64,000 nt of DNA. Origin: an uncultured bacterium (lineage in GTDB: Bacteria; Chloroflexota; UBA5177; JANWHV01). The notes under the pieces were generated by a model that was not told where the DNA came from, searched no databases, and saw only the letters and a program-made list of their open reading frames with translations. Every line of letters starts with the position of its first letter. Position 1 is the first letter of the stretch. A program made the position numbers and the translations under genes. Shown one piece after another: positions 28,518 to 39,044 of the stretch. The stretch lies in assembly GCA_963729625.1 (NCBI GenBank), contig CAVSOU010000007.1:576001-640000 (forward strand), read 5' to 3'.

Positions 28518-28796
28518 CGACCCGCGAAACTGACGCTGCTCGCGGAGCGGAAGCCGACTCTCGGTATGTTGCCACTCTGTACTCCGCACTATGCGCTGAC
28601 AAGTGCGTGGCAGGTAGGCCGAGCTCAGCAGGCCGCCGTCTTCATCAGGCATAATAGTCAATAGACCAAGAAGATAGTTGCGAATCCCTGCGGACCGGCT
28701 ATAGTTGCGGTTGACCGCGCCAAATGATCCTGCTGCCGGCCGCTTGGCCGGTGCGTCGCCCGCCTCGCCGCAGCGCGCTGCGGAAAGTGGTGGTTC

Positions 28797-30413
28797 ATGG
28801 CAAGCCTTTCCTTGAGCAACTATTCGACCCTGCGAGCGCGCGCACAAGCCTGGCTGTCCGCCAATACGTGGATTGCGCCATGGCAACCCACCGCTCTGCG
28901 CCACCTGGCCGCCAGCTACATATGGGCGGTTGCCGCTATCGTGGTGTCTGCCGGAGCGACCTCCATTTTGGAGCACGCCCTCTCAACGTACAGTTTCCAC
29001 GGCATGGTGGGATTTCTGGCAATCCTGTGCGTGTCCATCACCTGGGGCCTGGGGCCGGCCCTGCTGGGCGCGGTCTGCAATGCGTTTGTGCTCAACTTTG
29101 TCGTGGAGATGCCCAAAGTTGCCACGACACACAGCAGTGTGTCGCACCTGGTGAGCTTTGTGCTCTCCATGGGCTTCGGGCTTGCCATCGGCGTGCTGGG
29201 CAATCTCGGAGAGGCGCGACGGCGGCAGCTGATCGGCGCGCACGCGGAGGCAGAGCGATTACATGTATCCGCGCAACACGCACAGGTGGAGGCTCGCGCC
29301 GAGCGCGATCACTTGCAAAAGATACTGAGTGTGCTACCGGAGGCCGTCCTCATCTATGACACTGAGATGCGGCTCACCTATATGAACCGCACCGCGGAAG
29401 CGTTGCTCGGCGCGAATCTGATGGGCCGAACGCGGAGAGAGATCGACCTGGCGGCCAGGCGGCTGGATGGGACGCCGCTTCCCTGGAGTGAGATACCATC
29501 GGTGCGCGCGCTTGAGAGGGGCGAGTCCTCGCAAGGACTGCAGATGCTCGTGCGCACTGCCGTTGGGGACATTCCTATCCTGACCAGCGCCGCGCCACTA
29601 CAGGATCCAGACGGGACGCCCACCGGCGTTGTGTCGGTGTTTCAGGACATCTCCGCGATCAGAAACCTCGAACAGCAGCGCGATCGCGTGCTTACCACGG
29701 TCACGCACGACCTCAGGAATCCGCTGACGAGCATCAGCGGTATGAGCCAGCTCTTGCAGCTTCGCATCAGCCAGGTAGAAGAGCCAGGGCGCGAGCGCTT
29801 TGCTCATTGCCTGAAGACGATCGAGGCGTCCGCGCAACGCATGACAGCACAGATTGGCGAGCTGCTCGACTACGCTCAAACACAGACTGGACGCTCGCCC
29901 GACCTCACACTCGAGCCTACCGACATCGTCAGCTTGTTGCAGCGAGTGCTTGGGGAACATCGGCACGCGACCGACCGGCATACGCTGGAGCTACGCACCA
30001 CGGAAGAGGCAATCGTGGCAGTCGTGGATCCGCTGCGTGTGGAGCGCGCTATCGCCAATCTCCTGGTCAATGCGATCAAGTACAGCCCGCAGGGAGGTCC
30101 TGTCGTCGTGGCCGTGGAGCGTGCCGTGGGACCCGAGGGCCACTGGCTGAGCATCGAGATCTCCGACAGCGGTCTCGGCATTCCCAGCGCCGATCTGCCG
30201 CACATTTTCGAGCAATACTATCGCGCCAGCAACGTGGCGTCCACGATTCCCGGCTCCGGCATCGGGCTGGCAGGTGTCCGACACATGATTCAGAAGCACG
30301 GTGGCACGGTGACCCTGGCAAGCAATGAGGGAATAGGAACGACGGTAACGGTTCGGCTCCCCATGCTTCAGAATGCCACTCGTCGGAGCGGCGACCGGCA
30401 ATCCAATTCGTAG
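28797..30413 (+). CDS. Membrane PAS-domain sensor histidine kinase (DUF4118-like input)
   Basis: About 4 TMs, PAS, H-box THDLRNPLT, N-box NLLVNAIKYS, G-boxes DSGLGI and GSGIGL. Confidence 0.92.
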   Translation: MASLSLSNYSTLRARAQAWLSANTWIAPWQPTALRHLAASYIWAVAAIVVSAGATSILEHALSTYSFHGMVGFLAILCVSITWGLGPALLGAVCNAFVLNFVVEMPKVATTHSSVSHLVSFVLSMGFGLAIGVLGNLGEARRRQLIGAHAEAERLHVSAQHAQVEARAERDHLQKILSVLPEAVLIYDTEMRLTYMNRTAEALLGANLMGRTRREIDLAARRLDGTPLPWSEIPSVRALERGESSQGLQMLVRTAVGDIPILTSAAPLQDPDGTPTGVVSVFQDISAIRNLEQQRDRVLTTVTHDLRNPLTSISGMSQLLQLRISQVEEPGRERFAHCLKTIEASAQRMTAQIGELLDYAQTQTGRSPDLTLEPTDIVSLLQRVLGEHRHATDRHTLELRTTEEAIVAVVDPLRVERAIANLLVNAIKYSPQGGPVVVAVERAVGPEGHWLSIEISDSGLGIPSADLPHIFEQYYRASNVASTIPGSGIGLAGVRHMIQKHGGTVTLASNEGIGTTVTVRLPMLQNATRRSGDRQSNS

Positions 30414-30449
30414 GCCACCTGTCGTCATGGTTCGGGGCGCCTTCCGCAC

Positions 30450-31025
30450 TCAACTGGCGCCCTCGTACACGCTGAGCCTTGGACCAAGTGTGTCGATCAT
30501 GGCGTGCAGCTTTTCGTGTGTGCCTTTTCCCATAACCTCGTCCTCGAAGCGATCAAACGAGGTCACGATCGTCGCGTCCTCGGCCTCTCCGATGACTCTT
30601 CCAGCCTGGACGAGCACCCGTTCGTTCTCCACGTGGATGTGGTTCCTCAGAAATTCGGCATACGCGCGCCCAGCGGCGATCAGCGCAGGGGCGCTTGCCA
30701 GGCCGGCGGCAGCGTAGGACTGCCGCGCCGCGTTGTAGGCGTCTACGAGCGTCCCTCCTTCAAGGTGTTCGGCCTCGAGCGCCTCGATGGCCGGGAGCAG
30801 CTCCTTCGCGCGCCGCAACTTTGGGAAGAGCAGCTGCTCTTCCTTGCCGTGATGGCACTTTCCGACGAACAGACTGAAAAAGAGGTAGAGGTCGGCAAAG
30901 ATGCCGGCGTCGACTGCCACGCCGCGTTCGAGCGCACTCAGAGCGCCGTCCTGGAGGTCCAGTACGATCGCAATCGCATCGTGCTCGTGCATGAGAATGC
31001 CGCTGCTCGTTTCTTGACCCGCCAT
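30450..31025 (-). CDS. Hemerythrin (HHE) domain protein
   Basis: LMHEH, HHGKEEQLLFP, EHLEG and HIHVENERV motifs; GGAGG RBS. Confidence 0.9.
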   Translation of the reverse strand: MAGQETSSGILMHEHDAIAIVLDLQDGALSALERGVAVDAGIFADLYLFFSLFVGKCHHGKEEQLLFPKLRRAKELLPAIEALEAEHLEGGTLVDAYNAARQSYAAAGLASAPALIAAGRAYAEFLRNHIHVENERVLVQAGRVIGEAEDATIVTSFDRFEDEVMGKGTHEKLHAMIDTLGPRLSVYEGAS

Positions 31026-31193
31026 CTGTTTCTTCCTCCGCCGTCGATTTGTAGACTGGATGCCCACGTGCGCCATCGCTTCGAAGCCCCGCGCGGGCAG
31101 TGCTCGCCGTGGACTTTAGCCGCCGTCAATCACCGACCGACGAGCTGCCTTACTTTCGATGATCTCAGCGTAGATCCGGCACGAGTAGCAGGC

Positions 31194-31209
31194 GGTGACT
31201 TTGGTCACA
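31194..31209 (-). promoter_or_regulatory. Crp/Fnr box upstream of the hemerythrin gene
   Basis: TGTGA-CCAAAG-TCACC on the minus strand; -10-like TACGCT at 31167-31172 gives class II spacing. Confidence 0.75.
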
Positions 31210-31469
31210 CGGCCGAGCGGTGCGCAGACCGCCGGCCGCGTCACACAGCGGCCAGAGCCCAAGGCCGGCCATCGGCCATCATACCGCAGCCCGCGGTCGT
31301 GTTTTCACCAGGCGGTCTGCATCCTTCCGAGCACCCTTGCCAGCCTGCTCACGTGAGTTTGGCAACAGGCTGGCAGGAAGCATTTAGCGCGAAAACAGGC
31401 GTCCAGCTGCGGCAAGAAGGCAGGGTTCTAAGTTCCTGGAAGGCGGAGTGTCGCGCGGTCGCGCCGCGT

Positions 31470-31485
31470 TGTGACACAGGTCACA
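31470..31485 (+). promoter_or_regulatory. Crp/Fnr box upstream of narG
   Basis: Perfect TGTGA-CACAGG-TCACA; -10-like CATAGT at 31505-31510. Confidence 0.85.
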
Positions 31486-31658
31486 GACGGCGTCCGCGAG
31501 TCGGCATAGTGTGGATGCAGATTGGGGCCCTCGGCCATCGCATTGAGCAAGTCGTTGGGCCGGTCCCTAACCGCGGTCGCGGCGTCTTCGTCCTGCTCGC
31601 AGTCTTCGTGGTTGTCGCCTGCCTCATCGATCAGCTAATATTTCGCCAGGAGAGGTTC

Positions 31659-34600
31659 ATGGCGGCGAGATCCAGCCGGCATAGTCGTAGTGTTGACAGC
31701 AAGCCGCGACAGACGTCGACGTGGCTAAGCAGCAGCCGATTCTTTGAACGCGGCGAGCGCGCGCTCGACAAGTGGAACGAGCTGACGTCCGGAGGTCGCG
31801 AGTGGGAATCGTTCTATCGCCGGCGCTGGCAGCACGACAAGATCGTGCGGTCCACCCACGGAGTCAACTGCACCGGATCGTGCTCGTGGAAGATCTACGT
31901 CAAGGACGGGATCATCACCTGGGAGACACAGCAGACTGACTACCCCTCAAATGGGCCTGACGTACCGGAATATGAGCCGCGAGGCTGCCCGCGGGGCGCG
32001 TCGTTTTCCTGGTATACGTACTCTCCGCTGCGGGTGAAGTACCCATATGTGCGAGGCACCCTGATCGGTCTGTATCGCGAAGCGCTTGCCGAGGCCGGCG
32101 ATCCTGTGGCTGCCTGGGCGTCGATCGTAGAAGACCCCGCCAAGGCTCGTGCGTACAAGTCGCAACGCGGAAAGGGCGGCTTCGTGCGCGCCGACTGGGC
32201 TGAGGTAGCCGAGCTGGTGGCGGCCGCGCATGTCTACACCATCAAGCGCTATGGGCCCGACCGCGTTGCCGGCTTCTCGCCCATACCGGCCATGTCCATG
32301 GTCTCGTACGCGGCGGGTACACGCTTCTATTCGCTTATCGGTGGGCTGGTAATGAGCTTCTATGACTGGTACGCGGATCTACCTCCTGCCTCACCCCAGA
32401 TGTGGGGCGACCAAACCGACGTGCCGGAGTCGGCGGATTGGTGGAACTGCAGCTACCTGATGCTGTGGGGCTCCAACGTGCCCATCACCCGCACGCCCGA
32501 CGCCCACTTCATGACCGAAGCCAGGTACAAGGGCCAGAAAGTGATCGTTGTCTCGCCCGACTACGCGGCGCATGTGAAGTTCGCCGACCACTGGCTGGCG
32601 GCGCACCCCGGTACGGACGGCGCTCTGGCCATGGCCATGGGGCACGTCATTCTGAAAGAGTTCTTCGTCGACCGCGAGACGCCGTACTTCAATCGGTACG
32701 TGCGGAAGTACACCGACCTTCCTTGCCTGGTGATACTCCGTCGTCGCGGTGAAGCCTGGGTCGCCGATCGGTTCCTGCGCGCGTCTGATCTTGGCGAGAC
32801 CGGCGAGAATGCCGAATGGAAGACCGTAGTCTGGGATGAGCCGCGGAACGTGCCCGCTGTTCCGAACGGTTCAATTGGCTTTCGTTGGGGCGACGATGGC
32901 AAGGGTAAGTGGAACCTCGAGCTGGGGAACGTGGATCCCGTTCTTACGTTCTACGGTCGTCACTCCGAGCTTGTGGCCCTGGACCTGCCGCGGTTCGACC
33001 AGGGCAGGACCGAGGGCGGAGAGGTGCATCGCCGCGGCATCCCCGCCAGGCGCGTCGGGGAACACCTGGTGGCCACGGTCTACGATCTGTTGCTGGCCCA
33101 ATATGGGATCGGACGTCCAGGCCTGCCCGGCGACTGGCCGCGCGGCTATGACGATCCGGAGCCCTACACCCCCGCCTGGCAAGAAGAGATCACGGGCGTC
33201 GACGCTGGGCTCGTCTCCCGGATCGCACGCGAGTTTGCCCGGAACGCCGAGCGAACCAACGGCCGGTCCATGATCATCATGGGCGCCGGAACCAACCACT
33301 GGTACCACTCGGATCAGATCTATCGAGCCATGCTCAGCCTCGTGGCGCTGTGCGGCTGCCAGGGCGTGAACGGCGGTGGCTGGGCCCACTACGTTGGCCA
33401 AGAAAAGGTACGGCCGGTGACCGGGTGGGCGCAGGTCGCCTTCGCCGCCGACTGGTGCCGGCCAACGCGCCACCAGGCGACGACGCCGTTCTGGTATCTC
33501 GCGACAGACCAGTGGCGGTACGAACATTTCGATGCCGCCGAGCTCGCGTCACCTCTGGGGCGCGGCACGTTCGAGGGGATGCACTTCGCGGACTGCAATG
33601 CCCAGGCCGCACGCCTTGGCTGGCTGCCCTCATACCCGACGTTCAATCGGAACCCGCTCGATCTAGCCGACGCGGCCGAAAAGGCCGGCATGAGCGCGCA
33701 AGCGTACGTAGTATCCGAGCTCCAGTCTGGGAGCCTGCGCTTTGCCGCAGAGGATCCCGATGCGCCGGAGAACTTCCCACGAATCCTGACACTCTGGCGC
33801 GGGAATCTGCTCGGCTCATCCAGCAAGGGACATGAGTACTTTCTCAAGCACCTGCTGGGTGTGGAGAACGCCGCGATACGTGGGGAAGAGCAGCCACCGG
33901 AGTCCCGGCCGCGCGATGTGGTGTGGCGCGAGGCGGCTCCAGAAGGGAAGCTCGACCTCCTGACGACGCTCGACTTTCGCATGACTGGATCGTGCCTGTA
34001 TTCCGATGTTGTCCTGCCGGCGGCGACCTGGTACGAGAAGCACGATATATCCTCGACCGATATGCATCCGTTCATCCATTCGTTCAATCCGGCCATCTCT
34101 CCGCCGTGGGAGACGCGCACCGACTGGGACATCTTCAACACGATCGCGGGCGCCTTCTCTCGACTGGCCAGGCATCCGCTCGGCGTGCGCAAGGATCTGA
34201 TCGCGGCGCCGCTTCTGCATGACTCGCCGGACGAGCTCGCACAGCCGCTTGGTCACGTGCCTGATTGGAAGCTCGAGGGTGTCGCGCCCGTTCCCGGGAA
34301 GACCATGCCCAGGCTTGTGGTGGTGGAGCGGGATTACGGCGCGGTGGCGGAAAAGATGAACGCGATCGGACCGCTCGTAGATCAACTGGGATGTGGCGCC
34401 AAAGGAATCACCTGGAACGTCGCCCCGGAGATCGAGTATCTGCGCCTGCGCAACGGAACGATAGCCAACGGAGCCGGCGCCGGTCGCCCCGCACTGGAGC
34501 GGGCCGAGCACGTCTGCGAGGCCATCCTCGCCTTGTCCGGCACCAGCAACGGCCGCATCGCCGTCGCCGGTTTCACGGCCCTGGAAGCCCGCACCGGTAC

Positions 34601-35363
34601 CCGGCTCACCGATCTGGCGGAGGATCGCGGACACGAACAGCTGAGCTTTGCCGACGTGCAGATACAGCCGCGCAAGGCCATCACGTCGCCTGAATGGTCC
34701 GGAATCGAGCGCGCGGATCGGCGCTATTCACCCTTCACTGTCAATGTCGAGCGCTCGGTGCCCTGGCGCACCTTGACCGGCCGGCAACAATTCTATGTCG
34801 ATCACGAGTGGATGCTGGAATACGGCGAGGGGTTGCCGGTGTACCGGCCGCCGCTCAACCTGGCTCGACATCTGGGGCCGCTGGGAACCGGCGATGCGGG
34901 CCGGGCCGAGGTCACGGTCCGCTATCTGACACCGCACTCCAAATGGTCGATCCACTCCGAGTACCAGGACAACCTGCACATGCTCACGCTCTTCCGTGGC
35001 GGTCCGGTCATCTGGATCAGCCCCGTGGATGCCAGCGTGATCGGGGTCGTGGACAACGACTGGATCGAGGCGTTCAACCTGAACGGGGTGGTCAGCTGCC
35101 GGGCCGTGGTCTCCCACCGGATACCGATGGGCACGTCGATCATGTACCACGCTCAGGACCGGCATGTGAACGTGCCGAGAACCGAACTGACCGGTACGAG
35201 AGGCGGCACAGACAACTCGTTGACCAAGATCTACATGAAGCCGACACATATGATCGGCGGCTACGCGCAGCTGGCATATGGCTTCAACTACTATGGTCCA
35301 ACCGGCACGCAGCGCGACGAGATTACGATACTGCGCAAGCGTGTTCAGGAGGTGATCTACTGA
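31659..35363 (+). CDS. narG: Respiratory nitrate reductase alpha subunit
   Basis: RSTHGVNCTGSCSW, EPRGCPRGASFSWY, SFYDWYADLPPASP and LTPHSKWSIHS motifs; AGGAG RBS. Confidence 0.98.
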   Translation: MAARSSRHSRSVDSKPRQTSTWLSSSRFFERGERALDKWNELTSGGREWESFYRRRWQHDKIVRSTHGVNCTGSCSWKIYVKDGIITWETQQTDYPSNGPDVPEYEPRGCPRGASFSWYTYSPLRVKYPYVRGTLIGLYREALAEAGDPVAAWASIVEDPAKARAYKSQRGKGGFVRADWAEVAELVAAAHVYTIKRYGPDRVAGFSPIPAMSMVSYAAGTRFYSLIGGLVMSFYDWYADLPPASPQMWGDQTDVPESADWWNCSYLMLWGSNVPITRTPDAHFMTEARYKGQKVIVVSPDYAAHVKFADHWLAAHPGTDGALAMAMGHVILKEFFVDRETPYFNRYVRKYTDLPCLVILRRRGEAWVADRFLRASDLGETGENAEWKTVVWDEPRNVPAVPNGSIGFRWGDDGKGKWNLELGNVDPVLTFYGRHSELVALDLPRFDQGRTEGGEVHRRGIPARRVGEHLVATVYDLLLAQYGIGRPGLPGDWPRGYDDPEPYTPAWQEEITGVDAGLVSRIAREFARNAERTNGRSMIIMGAGTNHWYHSDQIYRAMLSLVALCGCQGVNGGGWAHYVGQEKVRPVTGWAQVAFAADWCRPTRHQATTPFWYLATDQWRYEHFDAAELASPLGRGTFEGMHFADCNAQAARLGWLPSYPTFNRNPLDLADAAEKAGMSAQAYVVSELQSGSLRFAAEDPDAPENFPRILTLWRGNLLGSSSKGHEYFLKHLLGVENAAIRGEEQPPESRPRDVVWREAAPEGKLDLLTTLDFRMTGSCLYSDVVLPAATWYEKHDISSTDMHPFIHSFNPAISPPWETRTDWDIFNTIAGAFSRLARHPLGVRKDLIAAPLLHDSPDELAQPLGHVPDWKLEGVAPVPGKTMPRLVVVERDYGAVAEKMNAIGPLVDQLGCGAKGITWNVAPEIEYLRLRNGTIANGAGAGRPALERAEHVCEAILALSGTSNGRIAVAGFTALEARTGTRLTDLAEDRGHEQLSFADVQIQPRKAITSPEWSGIERADRRYSPFTVNVERSVPWRTLTGRQQFYVDHEWMLEYGEGLPVYRPPLNLARHLGPLGTGDAGRAEVTVRYLTPHSKWSIHSEYQDNLHMLTLFRGGPVIWISPVDASVIGVVDNDWIEAFNLNGVVSCRAVVSHRIPMGTSIMYHAQDRHVNVPRTELTGTRGGTDNSLTKIYMKPTHMIGGYAQLAYGFNYYGPTGTQRDEITILRKRVQEVIY

Positions 35364-36976
35364 TGCGCGTCAAAGCCCAGATCGCCATGGTCATGAACCT
35401 GGACAAGTGCATCGGGTGCCATACCTGTAGCGTCACCTGCAAGAATGTGTGGACAAACCGCCCGGGCGCCGAATACATGTGGTTCAACGACGTCGAAACC
35501 AAGCCCGGCATCGGTTATCCCAAACGCTGGGAGGATCAGCAGCGCTGGAAAGGCGGCTGGAAGCTCGGCCGCAACGGCAAGCTGCAGCTGCGGTCCGGCG
35601 GGCGGTTCAAGAAACTGCTCACGATATTTCATAACCCCGACATGCCCGAGCTCGACGACTACTACGAGCCGTGGACCTACGACTACGCCCATCTCACTAC
35701 CGCCGGCCTCTCGAGCCATCAGCCGGTAGCCCAACCAATATCGCAGATCACGGGCAAGCCGGCGCAAGTCGAGTGGGGACCGAACTGGGAGGACGACCTG
35801 GCCGGCGCACCCAGCACCGCGCAACTGGACCCGAATCTGCGCGATGAGCTGGAGGCCAAGGTGCGCATGGAGTACGAGCAGGTCTTCATGATGTACCTTC
35901 CGCGCATCTGTGAACACTGCTTGAATCCAGCTTGCGTCGCCGCTTGCCCGTCCGGCGCCATGTACAAGCGCGACGAGGACGGCATCGTGCTGGTGGACCA
36001 GCAGCAATGCCGCGGCTGGCGCATGTGCGTGTCCAACTGTCCCTACAAGAAAGTGTATTTCAACTGGCAGACCGGGAAGGCCGAGAAATGCACGCTCTGT
36101 TATCCGCGGCTTGAGGCAGGCCTGCCCACCATCTGCTCCGAGACCTGCGTGGGCCGCATTCGCTACGTCGGGCTACTGCTCTACGACGCCGACCGGGTGC
36201 GTGCCGCCGCATCGGTCGCCGATGATAAGCACCTGCTGCAGTCCCAGCTCGACGTGTTCCTGGATCCTGAGGATTCACAGGTGCAGGCGCAAGCGCGAGC
36301 CGCCGGCATGCCGGAGGACTGGCTGGACGCGGCACGGCGCTCCCCCGTCTATGCGCTTGCCTGCCGGCACAAGATTGCGCTGCCGCTCCATCCTGAATAC
36401 CGCACGATGCCTATGGTCTGGTATGTGCCGCCACTGTCCCCCGTGATGAGCCTGGTCGAAGGGCGAGGCAGCAGCGCGGACGCGGATGATGTGTTTCCCG
36501 CCGTCGACACCTTGCGCATTCCCGTGCAATACCTGGCAAATCTATTGAGCGCGGGAGACGAGCAGGTCATTCGCCGTGTCTTGAAGCAGCTGGCGGCGAT
36601 GCGTCGCTTCATGCGCGAGCGCCAGCTTGGGGGAGACGTGGACGAGTCGATCGCATCGGGCGTCGGCATGTCGGCACAATCCATGGATGCGATGTACCGG
36701 CTTCTGGCTCTCGCGAGGTATGAGGACCGGTTCGTCATTCCGATAGCGCATGCCGAGCTGGCACAGGACTTGGCCGGCCGGCAGGGGACATGCGGTCTGA
36801 ACTTCCCCGGCGGGCCAGGAGCATGCGGCGGAGACTCCGAGCCCGGGAGGCGTTTTGACGGTGCGGCCTTCCACATGCAGCGCGAGAGCACCGCCGCCAC
36901 GGGGGCGAGACAGCCGGCAGCACGAGCGCGCCGCCTGCCGATGTTCGATGCCGGCACGCCGCGATGCATGTCATGA
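35363..36976 (+). CDS. narH: Respiratory nitrate reductase beta subunit
   Basis: DKCIGCHTCSVTCKNVW, CEHCLNPACVAACP and four Cys clusters; overlaps the narG stop. Confidence 0.98.
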   Translation: MRVKAQIAMVMNLDKCIGCHTCSVTCKNVWTNRPGAEYMWFNDVETKPGIGYPKRWEDQQRWKGGWKLGRNGKLQLRSGGRFKKLLTIFHNPDMPELDDYYEPWTYDYAHLTTAGLSSHQPVAQPISQITGKPAQVEWGPNWEDDLAGAPSTAQLDPNLRDELEAKVRMEYEQVFMMYLPRICEHCLNPACVAACPSGAMYKRDEDGIVLVDQQQCRGWRMCVSNCPYKKVYFNWQTGKAEKCTLCYPRLEAGLPTICSETCVGRIRYVGLLLYDADRVRAAASVADDKHLLQSQLDVFLDPEDSQVQAQARAAGMPEDWLDAARRSPVYALACRHKIALPLHPEYRTMPMVWYVPPLSPVMSLVEGRGSSADADDVFPAVDTLRIPVQYLANLLSAGDEQVIRRVLKQLAAMRRFMRERQLGGDVDESIASGVGMSAQSMDAMYRLLALARYEDRFVIPIAHAELAQDLAGRQGTCGLNFPGGPGACGGDSEPGRRFDGAAFHMQRESTAATGARQPAARARRLPMFDAGTPRCMS

Positions 36977-37671
36977 AGAAGCTCGCCGGCATCGGACCGG
37001 GCACGGAAGAGCACGCGCCTGAGTCGCCAGGCGCGGACGGCGCGGACACGCGGACTGCGAGCGTCAAATTGCTTTCGGTACTGCTCCAGTATCCCACGGC
37101 GGAGCTGGCCGCGCACTCCGATGAGGTCGCCTTCCTGGTCGAAGCCATGGACTCGGGCGCCCGGGAGCCGCTCGCCGAGTTTCTCGAGCAGTGGCGACGC
37201 CGCGATCTCCTCTGGCTGCAACAGGAGTACGTGCGCTCCTTTGACTTCAGAAAGCGGGTTAGCCTGAACCTCACGTACTATCAATATGGAGGCAAACGGC
37301 AGCGCGGACTCGCGCTCGTGCGCTTGAAACACGCCTACGCAGCGGCAGGGCTGCCGCTACGAGATGGCGAGATTCCTGACTCACTTCCAGTACTGCTGGA
37401 GTTCGCAGCGCTCGCGCCGGATGGCTGGGGCCTTCGACTCCTGGTCGAATTCCGCGCCGCGATCGAAATGGTAGCGCTCGCCGTCGACGGCGACTCGCCC
37501 TATGCGGGAGTCATGCGTGCCGTCCGCGCACTGTTGCCGGCGCTCACGCCCGACGATCGGGCCGCGATGCAATCCCTTGCCGCCGGCGGCCCGCCTACCG
37601 AGCTCGTAGGATTGGAGCCACACGCCCCACCTGAGGCGGTGCGGGAGCCGGCACAAGGTTGTGCCCGATGA
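36973..37671 (+). CDS. narJ: Nitrate reductase assembly chaperone
   Basis: LLQYP, YVRSFD, RGLAL and EIPDSLPVLLEF motifs; ATGA coupling. Confidence 0.93.
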   Translation: MKKLAGIGPGTEEHAPESPGADGADTRTASVKLLSVLLQYPTAELAAHSDEVAFLVEAMDSGAREPLAEFLEQWRRRDLLWLQQEYVRSFDFRKRVSLNLTYYQYGGKRQRGLALVRLKHAYAAAGLPLRDGEIPDSLPVLLEFAALAPDGWGLRLLVEFRAAIEMVALAVDGDSPYAGVMRAVRALLPALTPDDRAAMQSLAAGGPPTELVGLEPHAPPEAVREPAQGCAR

Positions 37672-38387
37672 GCGCTGCCGCGCTCTTTTTGTGGGTGTTC
37701 GTACCCTACGCGAGCATGGCCGTGTGCGTGGTCGGGCATATCTGGCGCTATAGCCGGGATCAGTTCACGTGGACCTCGCGATCGACCCAATTGTTCGAGC
37801 GCACGCTGCTGAAATGGGGGAGCAATCTCTTTCACTTCGGCGCGCTGGCGGCGATCGGCGGCCACGTGCTCGGTTTGCTGGTACCGGAAACGTTGACCGC
37901 GGACCTTGGGGTCAGCGAAGACCACTATCACTTTATCTCCGTCAGCGCAGGCAGCGCCGCCGGCGTTGCCTGCGTCGCCGGGTTGCTCATCCTGGCCTAC
38001 AGACGGGTGACCAATGCCCGAGTCAGGGCGACGACCACCAGGACCGACGTTGCCGTGTACGTACTGGTGCTGCTGATGATCGGCCTGGGGATGGGCGAAA
38101 CGGTTGGTGTCAACCTGCTGGGCTCCGGCTATGACTATCGCGCAACGGTGGGACTCTGGTTCAGGGGCCTCTTCACCTTCGATCCGCACGCGGACCTGAT
38201 GGCCTCCGCCCCGCTCCTGTATAAGCTACATGCGCTGGGCGCATGGCTGCTCGTGGCGATCTGGCCGTTCAGTCGGCTCGTACACGCCTGGAGCATCCCA
38301 TTCACCTATCTTGCTCGCGCGCAGATTCTCTATCGATCGCGCGGCAAGGCGTCTCGGCACAGGCAGCCATGGCAGATCACGCGGTGA
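37668..38387 (+). CDS. narI: Respiratory nitrate reductase gamma subunit (cytochrome b)
   Basis: DQFTWTSRSTQ, LFHFG..GH and PFSRLVHAWS motifs. Confidence 0.96.
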   Translation: MSAAALFLWVFVPYASMAVCVVGHIWRYSRDQFTWTSRSTQLFERTLLKWGSNLFHFGALAAIGGHVLGLLVPETLTADLGVSEDHYHFISVSAGSAAGVACVAGLLILAYRRVTNARVRATTTRTDVAVYVLVLLMIGLGMGETVGVNLLGSGYDYRATVGLWFRGLFTFDPHADLMASAPLLYKLHALGAWLLVAIWPFSRLVHAWSIPFTYLARAQILYRSRGKASRHRQPWQITR

Positions 38388-38593
38388 ACTCGGAGCGGCT
38401 AGCCATGGCCCCCGAACGCCCATCCTAAGAAAGATACCCTGCTCAGCCCACGTTTGTAGCAGCGGGACAATCGTGCGCTGATCCCACGTGACAAGAGTCC
38501 AACGCGCCTTGAGAAGTATCTTGTCCCGGGCCTAATCGGAGTTTAGTGGCCAAAGATCAGCAGCGCTCTTGAGCAGGTCGCTACGCGGCCTCT

Positions 38594-39043
38594 CTAGGGG
38601 TTTGGAGGCTTTGCTGAAGGGGGGAAGGTATCCATAATAACTTTGGCGAGTTCTTCGGCCACCTGGTCATTAAAGGCTTCGTAGCCCCTGACCAAAGCGT
38701 GCGAGGGGTCATCTGGTTCAACATCATGAACGATACTGACGGGGGTGTACGTGGCAGCGGCGGCTTTCGCCGCACCAACGTTCAACAGCGCAAACTTGGA
38801 CTCACCGCCTATTCTGCGGCCGCGCGGCGGTGGCTTGGCTTCAAGTATGGCGACCAGCGGACCGATGGCTTCCTGAGGTGTTGCCGTTTGGAAGTGCTCG
38901 ACCCAGTTTACCGATAGCCCGTGCTCCCATTGGCCGCTTTCGTCTCGCCTGAGGCGGAAGGAAGCTGGATCTATGAAATCACCTTGCATCCAACTTTTCT
39001 TAATGTGACGGAAGAAGTGGTGAGACAGGTCAAGGTCGGGCAT
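38594..39043 (-). CDS. Hypothetical 149-aa protein; putative ADP-ribosyltransferase-fold toxin
   Basis: FFRH...SFRLR...EHGLSVNW...DPSHALV gives an R, S and late-H spacing like ART/RES-related folds; starts 1 nt after the upstream stop. Function is inferred. Confidence 0.6.
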   Translation of the reverse strand: MPDLDLSHHFFRHIKKSWMQGDFIDPASFRLRRDESGQWEHGLSVNWVEHFQTATPQEAIGPLVAILEAKPPPRGRRIGGESKFALLNVGAAKAAAATYTPVSIVHDVEPDDPSHALVRGYEAFNDQVAEELAKVIMDTFPPSAKPPNP

Positions 39044-39044
39044 G

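Noticed and set aside
30504-31658. Apparent 385-aa N-terminal extension of NarG (1619-aa ORF)
   Set aside because: Antisense shadow of the hemerythrin gene plus the promoter region; the RBS at 31659 and the Crp/Fnr box define the real start
34694-35362. N-terminal extension of NarH in the ORF track
   Set aside because: Out-of-frame overlap with narG; NarH begins MRVKAQ at 35363
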